IMG/VR virus record: IMGVR_UViG_3300025451_000005
Span: 1-26,597 of that record
Reading direction: 5' to 3' (one strand)
Length of the DNA stretch: 26,597 nucleotides
Source of the DNA: a virus
Lineage: Duplodnaviria > Caudoviricetes
Below, in pieces: positions 8,188 through 16,055 of this stretch. Position 1 is the first letter of the stretch. Every line of letters begins with the position of its first letter. Position numbers and translations under genes: made by a program. The notes beneath the pieces were generated by a model that worked only from the letters and a program-made list of their open reading frames with translations, did not search any database and was not told the DNA's origin.

Positions 8188-10179
8188 ATGGCATTACAAT
8201 TAAAAAGAGGCACGGACGTACAGAGAATTATTACTCTGCTGTTGCCAGGCGAACCATATTACTTGACAGACTATGTTAGCGTTGGGTTATCACCATTTTG
8301 GATTGGTGATGGTATAACATATGGTGGTGTTGTTCCTACCCCAGGCGAATTATCTCAGTTATCTGATATTTTAATCACTTCACCAGCAAATTATGATTTC
8401 TTGCAGTATAGTTCAGCTACGGATCAATGGATCAATAGTGGTGCTTTAACAGTTCAAGGAAATGCTAACTTTTTTGGACCAGCTTCTTTTTCTGAAGGGG
8501 TAACACTTGGTAATAGCTCAGCAGATACAGTATTATTTAATGCTGCAATTATTACTATTCCCAATGGTTTAAATTTTGATGCAAATACATTAGTGATTAA
8601 TGCTACTACAAATCGTGTTGGCGTTGGTAGAACTAATCCTGAAGTGGCACTTGATGTGGAAGGTCAACTTCGTGTTCGTGGCACAAATATTACAGCCGAT
8701 GGCGATTTAATTGTAAATGGTGGTGATATCACAACATCTGCTCTTACTGCAAATGTATTTGCAACAACTGCTACAGTTAACGTTGGTTCAAGTACTGGTG
8801 TTGTGCAGATTCCTAGCACGATAGAAAGTACTAGTCCAGATACTGGAGCCCTACTTGTTGATGGTGGTGTTGGTATCAACAAGCATCTACACGTTGGCGG
8901 AACATTGGCAGTTGATTCAATCACTGCATCAACAAGCGTTTATACTGGTTCTATTCAGACTGATGGTGGCTTGGGTGTAGTTGGCGCAGCATATATTGGC
9001 GGTGTAGGCAATTTTGGTGGATCTGTTCGTATTGATTCGACCACTGTGGCAACTTCTACTATTACAGGTTCCTTACAAACTGATGGTGGCTTGGGTGTAG
9101 TTGGCGCAGCATATATTGGTGGCATTCTTAATACAACTGGAGCTGCAACATTCTCTTCAGACGTTACTGTAAATGGTAATTTAGAAGTTAAAGGCACACA
9201 AACATATTTAAATACTCAATCAGTATTGGTTGAAGATCCAGTTCTAAGAATTGGCAATGGAGATATTAGTCAGAGTGAAATGGATATGGGTATCAGATTT
9301 GATGCCCTACAAGGAACTAATGCTACTCAAGGATTTTTTGGATGGGATCGTTCAATTGGTAGATTCACTTTCTTAAAAGACATTATCAGTGGCGAAAATA
9401 CTATGGCTGGTGCCATCACTGGCGATGCACAATTTGGAACAGTTTATGCTGATGCATTGGCAATGGATTCTGCAACTATTGGTGAACTTTCGTTTGCGGC
9501 AATTAGTCCTTTGCGTCCAGGTGTTGATTGGGCCCCAAGAACAATCACATCAACTACTAGTAATTTAATATTACATGGAAATGACAATGGTTCAAACGAT
9601 TATAATAACTGGGATGACGTCACTATTAAAGGCCCACTTCTAAATATTGAACATGGACTATCAGTAGGTGATAATTCAACATTAGGAAGCGTTTCTACTA
9701 ATACTACAGACGTTAGAGGTAGATTTAAAGTTCATGCATTTGCTGATAATGATTTATTTGTCAGTGCCACTAATGGTAGAACTGGTTTTGGAACTAATAC
9801 TCCTTTATCTAGAGTTGATATTAATGGTGATCTGCGAGTGACAGGCGGAATTACAGGTGCAGTTGATATTAGAGGTTCTATATTAACAACAACAACCACA
9901 ACCGCAAATCAAGTATTAGATAGTTTTGCATTAGCGTCATATAGAACTGTCAAATATGTTATTCAAGTCACAAGTGCTGGTAGTGGTTGCCATGCGATGG
10001 AATGTTTAGTGATGCATGATGGAACTACTGCATACATTACCACTTATGGCGAAATGATTAGTAGTACAAGTTTAACAACAATTGGCGCAGTTGTAAATGG
10101 AAGCAATATTCAATTACAAGTGACTCCAACGAATGCAGCAACAGTATACAAAGTCACTAAGACAAGTATCTCAGCTTAA
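8188..10179 (+). CDS. Tail fibre protein 1
   Basis: AAGGAG RBS; N-terminal MALQLKRGT anchor-like motif; Gly/Thr-rich repeats (GGLGVVGAAYIGG, RVGVGRTNP...LDVEG); C-terminal DSF...YRTVKYVIQ...HDGT domain. Confidence 0.8.
   Translation: MALQLKRGTDVQRIITLLLPGEPYYLTDYVSVGLSPFWIGDGITYGGVVPTPGELSQLSDILITSPANYDFLQYSSATDQWINSGALTVQGNANFFGPASFSEGVTLGNSSADTVLFNAAIITIPNGLNFDANTLVINATTNRVGVGRTNPEVALDVEGQLRVRGTNITADGDLIVNGGDITTSALTANVFATTATVNVGSSTGVVQIPSTIESTSPDTGALLVDGGVGINKHLHVGGTLAVDSITASTSVYTGSIQTDGGLGVVGAAYIGGVGNFGGSVRIDSTTVATSTITGSLQTDGGLGVVGAAYIGGILNTTGAATFSSDVTVNGNLEVKGTQTYLNTQSVLVEDPVLRIGNGDISQSEMDMGIRFDALQGTNATQGFFGWDRSIGRFTFLKDIISGENTMAGAITGDAQFGTVYADALAMDSATIGELSFAAISPLRPGVDWAPRTITSTTSNLILHGNDNGSNDYNNWDDVTIKGPLLNIEHGLSVGDNSTLGSVSTNTTDVRGRFKVHAFADNDLFVSATNGRTGFGTNTPLSRVDINGDLRVTGGITGAVDIRGSILTTTTTTANQVLDSFALASYRTVKYVIQVTSAGSGCHAMECLVMHDGTTAYITTYGEMISSTSLTTIGAVVNGSNIQLQVTPTNAATVYKVTKTSISA
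8959..9119 (+). repeat. 41-bp exact direct repeat, 120-bp period, inside fibre 1
   Basis: ACTGATGGTGGCTTGGGTGTAGTTGGCGCAGCATATATTGG at 8959-8999 and 9079-9119. Confidence 0.95.
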
Positions 10180-10194
10180 TAAGGAAAATGAATT

Positions 10195-12273
10195 ATGAGC
10201 AATAAAAACTTTAGAGTAAAAAACGGATTAGATATTGGAACAGCAATATCTATTACTGATGCAGGAGTAGTCACTGGTCTGACTACTACAAACTTGCCCG
10301 AAGGCACTAATGAATACTTCACTACTACCAAAGCAAGAAATAGTGTCAGCGGCGGCACAGGTGTAATATATACCTCAGCTACTGGGGTTGTTGCTATTGG
10401 TCAAGCAGTTGCTACAACTGACACCCCAACTTTTGCTGGCGCTACACTTGGAAATGTTACAATTGGCGTTACCACTGATAATACTATTACAACTAGTTCA
10501 GGTGGTTTAGTATTAAAATCTACAAGTGGAGAAATTGATACTGATACAACAAATGTATTAAGCACTAATAGCGCAACATTTGCCCTATTAAATTCTCCAA
10601 CAACTGTCAATGCATTTCAAGGTGCCACAGCACTTACAATGGGTGCCGCAACCGGCACAAGCACTATTCGCAATGACCTAACAGTCTCAGGTAATCTCAC
10701 TGTTAATGGCACAACCACAACATTGAACACAGAAACACTTGCCGTTGAGGATAATATTGTTATTCTTAACAGTAACGTTACTGCCGCACCTAGTACAAAT
10801 GCTGGCATTGAAATTGAACGTGGCACCAGCACCAATGCTGCACTGACATGGAATGAAACATCTGATAAATGGGAACAAAATCGTGCTGGCACTTCAACTG
10901 TATTGCCTATCAATACAAGTGAGTTGGCAGAACTTACAAACTTATATTATACTGATGTTCGTGCTCGTGCAAGCCTTAGTGGCACTGCACCCATTGGTTA
11001 CGACAACTCCACTGGGGCAATCACATTTGTGCCTACTCCTACCACAGGTAGTTTATTAGGGGGCAATGGCACCACATGGATTGATTCAATTACTGGCATT
11101 ACTGGCCAATACACATTAAATCGTAACGCACCTGGTGCTACTGGTAATAACAACATTTTGGTGTTGACTAAAACTAGAACTGATGGTGCAAGAAACAACG
11201 GGCAAGGACCCATTGAAGTTTTTAATTATACAGGAACTGATGGCGGTTATAACTTTGCACGATTGCAAGTGGGTTATCAATCAGGCGGTGCGCATAGTTA
11301 TAACTTTCAAACTTCAACTGATACCTCAGGTGCTTTTAGCACTGGCACAAGCACTCCATTGACATTTAGTAGAGCTGCTGCAACATTTACAATTGAAAAT
11401 GGACTCTTAACAACTAACCGCACAGGTTCAGTGGCAGCACAATCGCCTGCACAACTATTGCGTTATATCAGAACAGATCAGACTGGTCCACAAGACAGTG
11501 ATGGAGTTGACTTCCGTTTAAGCGTAGGTGGCACTGCTACCAATACTAACTTTGCTCGCTTTGATGGCATTTATAAAGCAGCTGGCGACAATGAAATTGG
11601 TATGAGTGTATCAACTGATTCATTCACTGCTGACACAGATCGTATCTATATTGGTAGTCGTGCAAACACACAGATTCGCAATACACCTGCAGGTGGTGGC
11701 ACAACTAATACCACTGCTGAATTCACACAATTAGCAACTACAATTAAATCTGACTCAGTAGTATTGCAAACTGCTGCTGGCGTGTCATTGCCAAGTGGTA
11801 AAATCACATACAGCAGACAGTATGGTAATTTCTTAAGCAGTGCAACACAAACTAATCCAGTTGCTAATGCACAAAACTTAATGGTGTTTGGCACAACAGA
11901 TATTGCCAATGGTGTCAGTATTGTCACTAACGGCACTGCATTGACTCGTATTACTATGAGCACTGCTTGCCTGTATGACATGCAGTTTAGCGCACAGATT
12001 GCAAAAACTGGTGCTGGCAATGATAACTGCTATATTTGGTTAAAGAAGAATGGCACCACAGTGACACAAACTGCTGGTATTACTCGTGTATCAGGCAACG
12101 GTGATCGTATTATGGCGTCCTGGAATTACTTGGTAAATGCAGCCGCTGGTGACTACTATGAAATTGCTTGGTCAGCCACTGACACTGATGTTATCTTACA
12201 AGCCAGTTCACCAGGCGGTATAGTGCCTGCTGTGCCAAGTGTTATCTTATCAGTAGTGCCAGTAGGCGCTTAA
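10195..12273 (+). CDS. Tail fibre protein 2 / probable receptor-binding protein with C1q/TNF-like C-terminal head
   Basis: 692 aa, very Thr-rich; N-terminal KNFRVKNGL; two TxxLxExTNxY(Y/F)T repeats; C-terminal beta domain YGNF...YDMQFSAQI...YIWLKKNG...AGDYYEIAW. Confidence 0.8.
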   Translation: MSNKNFRVKNGLDIGTAISITDAGVVTGLTTTNLPEGTNEYFTTTKARNSVSGGTGVIYTSATGVVAIGQAVATTDTPTFAGATLGNVTIGVTTDNTITTSSGGLVLKSTSGEIDTDTTNVLSTNSATFALLNSPTTVNAFQGATALTMGAATGTSTIRNDLTVSGNLTVNGTTTTLNTETLAVEDNIVILNSNVTAAPSTNAGIEIERGTSTNAALTWNETSDKWEQNRAGTSTVLPINTSELAELTNLYYTDVRARASLSGTAPIGYDNSTGAITFVPTPTTGSLLGGNGTTWIDSITGITGQYTLNRNAPGATGNNNILVLTKTRTDGARNNGQGPIEVFNYTGTDGGYNFARLQVGYQSGGAHSYNFQTSTDTSGAFSTGTSTPLTFSRAAATFTIENGLLTTNRTGSVAAQSPAQLLRYIRTDQTGPQDSDGVDFRLSVGGTATNTNFARFDGIYKAAGDNEIGMSVSTDSFTADTDRIYIGSRANTQIRNTPAGGGTTNTTAEFTQLATTIKSDSVVLQTAAGVSLPSGKITYSRQYGNFLSSATQTNPVANAQNLMVFGTTDIANGVSIVTNGTALTRITMSTACLYDMQFSAQIAKTGAGNDNCYIWLKKNGTTVTQTAGITRVSGNGDRIMASWNYLVNAAAGDYYEIAWSATDTDVILQASSPGGIVPAVPSVILSVVPVGA

Positions 12274-12302
12274 CACAATGATATTATTCAGAGGATATAA
12301 AT

Positions 12303-12449
12303 ATGCCAGTGCATAAAGCAAAAGGCCCTCGTGGCGGAAAAGGCTATCAATATGGAACCAGTGGTAAAGTTTATCCCACCAAAGCTGGAGCAGTTGCTCA
12401 AGCTAGGGCCATTAGAGCCAATCAGGCTAACGCCAAAAAGAAAAAATGA
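12303..12449 (+). CDS. Small basic protein, 48 aa (not in ORF track)
   Basis: GAGGA RBS at 12291; MPVHKAKGPRGGKGYQYGTSGKVYPTKAGAVAQARAIRANQANAKKKK; no acidic residues. Confidence 0.75.
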   Translation: MPVHKAKGPRGGKGYQYGTSGKVYPTKAGAVAQARAIRANQANAKKKK

Positions 12450-12569
12450 TTTAGATGGTGTGATTGCAATTACTACAGATGAAGTAATTGCAATCTATCA
12501 GCAACAGCAAAAGCAGAGTAAGTTGCGACAACGCGAACTTGACCGAATATTAAAAAAGGAATTACTGAG

Positions 12570-12857
12570 ATGTCGCAAATTGACGCAACTGACGCAAGAT
12601 TAACAACGCATGAGGAAATCTGCGCATTACGATATGCTGCCATAGAAGTGAAGATGAGTATGATTGATCACAGATTTGACAAAATTGAAACTGATATTAA
12701 AGAACTCAAAGACAGCAATAGTAAAACTCTTACTGAAATTAAGGGCATGTTAACATCAGCCAAAGATGAGAAGTTCAAAGTAATGGTCACAGTAGCTGGT
12801 ACTGTTATTGTTGCATTACTTGGTATGCTTGGTTATATTATTATTCACTTAAAATAA
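12570..12857 (+). CDS. Coiled-coil membrane protein (XhlA-like/putative holin)
   Basis: RLTTHEEICALRY, heptad-like middle, single C-terminal TM segment (VMVTVAGTVIVALLGMLGYIII); AAGGA RBS. Confidence 0.6.
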   Translation: MSQIDATDARLTTHEEICALRYAAIEVKMSMIDHRFDKIETDIKELKDSNSKTLTEIKGMLTSAKDEKFKVMVTVAGTVIVALLGMLGYIIIHLK

Positions 12858-12858
12858 A

Positions 12859-13314
12859 ATGCCCAAGTATGATGAGTATGAAGATGAGATTGGACCGCTC
12901 AGTGCTCATGCTGAGGCGAGTCTGGCTGCTCGTATTGAAAACATTAATACTAACAACAATAATACCAATACTGTTAATAATGATGTGTCTGCGAGTTTGT
13001 CTGCCCAAGCCGCAGCAGGTGCTGTCACTGCTAGTGCGGGTGCTGAGTCTACGGTAGAGAATACCAATACAGATTGGATTAACAATAAGTATCGTCCTGC
13101 AATGGGATGGGTATATATGGCGATCTGCATCTTTGATTTTATACTTGCTCCTATCGCCTGGACTGCTATACAAGCTATTGCTCATGGTTCAATAGCTAAT
13201 CAATGGGCACCACTTAGTCTTGGTGGGGGAGGATTATTACATGTGGCGTTTGGTGCAGTAATTGGTATCAGTGCATTTGGGCGTACTAAAGAGAAGATTG
13301 CTGGGCGGGCGTAG
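12859..13314 (+). CDS. Holin (GTA 3TM-holin-like)
   Basis: WINNKYRPAMGWVY...TM...LHVAFGAVIGISAFGRTKEK matches the (W/Y)RPxxGW ... GxRxxEK pattern of GTA_holin_3TM. Confidence 0.75.
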   Translation: MPKYDEYEDEIGPLSAHAEASLAARIENINTNNNNTNTVNNDVSASLSAQAAAGAVTASAGAESTVENTNTDWINNKYRPAMGWVYMAICIFDFILAPIAWTAIQAIAHGSIANQWAPLSLGGGGLLHVAFGAVIGISAFGRTKEKIAGRA

Positions 13315-13350
13315 GTTAAAACACCTGTCTGCAATACGCATATATAAGAT

Positions 13351-13977
13351 ATGCGAGAAGAAAAAATAAACAAATGGTTTCCAGTAGATAAGAATAATAA
13401 AATATCTTTTCCTACTCCACAAAGTATTCTACGTGAAGCTGTGGGTGCGTCAGAATACAAATTTCTCTGCAAGACAACTAATACTGATCATATCAGGGCT
13501 GCTGTTATTATGCCTGCTCGTAGTTCTTATGAGCATTTGCTTATAGCACCATGGGCATTGATCTACAAAACTAAACTATGGGTGATGATTATTGTCAGTA
13601 TTTCTGAACCAACCAAATGGTTAGATATAGCAAAAAGTTCTGGTGCAATTGCATGGCAAAAAGGATCAAGTCAAACTGTATTGTATCAATGGGAACGGCC
13701 CGATATGGATCAGCATGGGCTTGAAGTGCGTCCAAGTAATACTGGATTAGTGACTGATGAACTGGCCAAAGCATTTCAATTAAAGCATCCAGGTAAGCCA
13801 CGTCGCCAAACCAAAGATTATGATTACGAAGAGATGATGAAAGATATTAAAGATAATAAATTGACTTATGTGGCGATGGCTGAGAAATACAATATCAGTC
13901 GCATCACTGTGATGACCAATGCACACAGAGCAGGATACAAACATTTGCGAGCAGGAAAGCCTCATGTCACGACCTAA
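13351..13977 (+). CDS. Hypothetical protein with C-terminal HTH
   Basis: 208 aa; LTYVAMAEKYNISRITVMTNAHRAG is HTH-like. Confidence 0.6.
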   Translation: MREEKINKWFPVDKNNKISFPTPQSILREAVGASEYKFLCKTTNTDHIRAAVIMPARSSYEHLLIAPWALIYKTKLWVMIIVSISEPTKWLDIAKSSGAIAWQKGSSQTVLYQWERPDMDQHGLEVRPSNTGLVTDELAKAFQLKHPGKPRRQTKDYDYEEMMKDIKDNKLTYVAMAEKYNISRITVMTNAHRAGYKHLRAGKPHVTT

Positions 13978-14257
13978 GCCCATAATATTACTGCAAGACA
14001 TAGATGAGGAGTATCGAGCATATGAAATATGTGCTGCTGACCACATCTATGCAGTATGTTACCAAGGTAAACCGTTTACACTTCGGATGCATCCAAATAT
14101 TGAAGTGCAATTAAGTGGGCCAAAATATGTTAAGAGTAGTTTCACAAATAGTGGCCATGCTTTTAATCTTGCTGAGAAATTAAATATTAGATTCAATACC
14201 GAAGAATTCTCAGTAATGTTGATGAGACCTGAAAGGGTTCTGAGAGAACTGAATTGA
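13964..14257 (+). CDS. Conserved phage hypothetical protein (MSRPKP...GPKY...FxNxGHAxNLAxKLN type)
   Basis: Likely start ATG 13964 after AGGA; motif pattern recalled from large uncultured phages, not verified. Confidence 0.7.
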   Translation: MSRPKPIILLQDIDEEYRAYEICAADHIYAVCYQGKPFTLRMHPNIEVQLSGPKYVKSSFTNSGHAFNLAEKLNIRFNTEEFSVMLMRPERVLRELN

Positions 14258-14964
14258 AAGAATTCTGTTGGACAGATGTATCTGGTAATCTTTATAAAAA
14301 GCCCCAGGGCAATCCCAGAACCTGGATAGGTGCTGCCACTGGATCAAGTCCCGGACTGTCAGTGATAGAACTCACAGATCTAAATCCATTGAAACTTAAT
14401 GTGGGTGGCATATGGTCCAGAGGCTTGGGATATCCAGGATTAGATATTCCTCATCGAGCAATTTATAAATTATCTAAAACTTTAATTGCAGCATGCTGGC
14501 AAGTGCCTGAAGATCAAATCAGCACAACACAACTATTAATTAAAAATAGTAATCCTGAAGCTGTCTGGTACGCAGCCGCAGAAGTGGTATTACCAGCCAG
14601 TGAATTTGCTGCTGCACTGCCAAACGGGCCAGGAGGCAGATTTGATCATGCTGTGTTATACAAGTTCTTTGAACAGGGTTTTACTCCTGTGCAGATTGCA
14701 AGATCTACCAATACTCTAGATAACACAGTGAACTATGTGTATCGCAAATGGAAAAGTGGGCATAGTCCAGTTTATAGTCACAAGGCCACAAGGACTTTAA
14801 ATAAAGCAGCGATGTTGTTAGATATGCAAAGCGGACTTACCAGTGCAGAAATCAGTATAAAATATGATTGCACTGTTGTGACCGTGAATAAACTGGCAAA
14901 ATTGCATAATCTTACAGTAAATCGCCCTAGTAGAGATAAAAGTAGTGCTACGGCCGCAGAGTAG
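14254..14964 (+). CDS. Hypothetical protein with two C-terminal HTH motifs
   Basis: TTG start overlapping the upstream TGA; GFTPVQIARSTNTLDNTVNYV and GLTSAEISIKYDCTVVTVNKL. Confidence 0.6.
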   Translation: MKEFCWTDVSGNLYKKPQGNPRTWIGAATGSSPGLSVIELTDLNPLKLNVGGIWSRGLGYPGLDIPHRAIYKLSKTLIAACWQVPEDQISTTQLLIKNSNPEAVWYAAAEVVLPASEFAAALPNGPGGRFDHAVLYKFFEQGFTPVQIARSTNTLDNTVNYVYRKWKSGHSPVYSHKATRTLNKAAMLLDMQSGLTSAEISIKYDCTVVTVNKLAKLHNLTVNRPSRDKSSATAAE

Positions 14965-15009
14965 ATCTGCAGGTGGTTATTTCTCACAAATGTAGCCTAA
15001 AAACAACAC

Positions 15010-15034
15010 AAAACCCTCCAAACAGGAGGGTTTT
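15010..15034. terminator. Intrinsic terminator, potentially bidirectional
   Basis: AAAACCCTCC-AAACA-GGAGGGTTTT, perfect 10-bp stem with A and T tails. Confidence 0.85.
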
Positions 15035-15046
15035 CTGCCCTAAAGG

Positions 15047-15075
15047 TTGACGAAATTGGTGTTCTGCAGTATAAT
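15047..15075 (+). promoter_or_regulatory. Sigma70-type (early) promoter
   Basis: TTGACG (15047-15052), 17-bp spacer, TATAAT (15070-15075); just after a terminator and before an AGGAG RBS. Confidence 0.88.
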
Positions 15076-15108
15076 AAACACATAGACAGCAACAAACAGG
15101 AGTTAGTT

Positions 15109-15267
15109 ATGGACCTTATGCAAATCGTTAAAGAAAACCCCCGTGCTCGTGCAATCATCCTTGAGATGAATGTGGCAGTGATCGCAGTCAAGTATGGCAT
15201 CAAGTTTGCTGAAGCCAAAAGCCTGCAAAACTATGCGGCATTGTTGGATATGAAAGAGGCAGCATAA
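15109..15267 (+). CDS. Small hypothetical protein, 52 aa (not in ORF track)
   Basis: CAGGAG RBS; MDLMQIVKENPRARAIILEMNVAVIAVKYGIKFAEAKSLQNYAALLDMKEAA; TAATG-coupled to the next gene. Confidence 0.8.
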   Translation: MDLMQIVKENPRARAIILEMNVAVIAVKYGIKFAEAKSLQNYAALLDMKEAA

Positions 15268-15545
15268 TGAAACGAGCATTACTAATCATCGCACTTGCTA
15301 TCCCGGCAGTGAGTTCAGCAACAGAAAACAACTGCCCATTCATTGCTAAGATGGCCGAATCAACTATGCAACTACGACAGGTAGGCACCACGTTGGGGCG
15401 AGCATTAGAGATTAGTCCAGCCATTTTAAAGCCAATGGTTCTTGATGCATATAGTTTTCCACGTTATGCAACCACTGACGCACAAACTCGTGCTATACAA
15501 GATTTTCGTAATGTATGGGAACTAACCTGCTACAAAGGTCAATAA
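15267..15545 (+). CDS. Small exported protein with Sec signal peptide
   Basis: MKRALLIIALAIPAVSSA leader; two Cys in the mature part (possible disulfide). Confidence 0.75.
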   Translation: MKRALLIIALAIPAVSSATENNCPFIAKMAESTMQLRQVGTTLGRALEISPAILKPMVLDAYSFPRYATTDAQTRAIQDFRNVWELTCYKGQ

Positions 15546-15793
15546 TGAAACTTTACTATAGTACTATACTCACTTTAGTATTAGGGCTGAGTGGTTGTGC
15601 CCAAGTGGCATTATATCATGACCGTGCTGATCCTTGTCAAGGTGAACATGCCAGTCCTGAACGCAAAGCAGAGTTAGGTCGCCCTGCAGATTATAAACGT
15701 CCTGATTATTGTTTTGCAAGCCATGGTCGAATCCGGGCGCCAATATCTCGCATTTATACACCTTCGGGACAATTGATTGGCGTTGTTCGCTAA
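15545..15793 (+). CDS. Lipoprotein
   Basis: Likely start ATG 15545 (TAATG overlap); MKLYYSTILTLVLGLSG|C lipobox; two further Cys. Confidence 0.8.
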   Translation: MKLYYSTILTLVLGLSGCAQVALYHDRADPCQGEHASPERKAELGRPADYKRPDYCFASHGRIRAPISRIYTPSGQLIGVVR

Positions 15794-15799
15794 ATATAG

Positions 15800-15940
15800 A
15801 ATACAGCTGATGCAATATCAGAGGTTAGACATAGAGTAAACCCTAATCTAAGGGAACTCCTTTAAAGATTGAATTCATAACTCAATCGCTCTATGTTGGT
15901 GATGAGTAGCCTGGACCCCCTGATCAAGGGTTTACCGTAG
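15800..15940 (+). ncRNA. Candidate structured RNA (pseudoknot-capable)
   Basis: Complementary pairs 15829-36/15889-96, 15836-44/15927-35, 15822-28/15843-49, 15867-72/15882-87, 15807-11/15817-21; follows TAAATA at 15791. Confidence 0.45.
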
Positions 15941-16055
15941 CAGTCATGTGTTACAAAAGGGCCTTATTATTTTTGGCGTTTTTGACCCCATAACTCCATT
16001 GCTTTTTGAGTTAAAGATAAGTACAATGTAAGAAGATCATCTTATTAAGGAAAAT

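Noticed and set aside
8959-9119. CRISPR array or DGR template/variable repeat
   Set aside because: Only two in-frame coding copies, no adenine-specific mismatches, and no cas or reverse transcriptase gene.
12331-12603. 90-aa ORF from the track as a real gene
   Set aside because: Its 5' half overlaps the better supported 12303..12449 gene; a shorter version from GTG 12460 is possible but unsupported.
15267-15793. Rz/Rz1 spanin pair
   Set aside because: The first protein has a cleavable-looking signal and no long coiled coil, and the pair sits under an early-type promoter away from the holins; unlikely but not excluded.
15895-15940. Hammerhead ribozyme near GTGATGAG
   Set aside because: Lacks CUGANGA and a suitably placed GAAA core.
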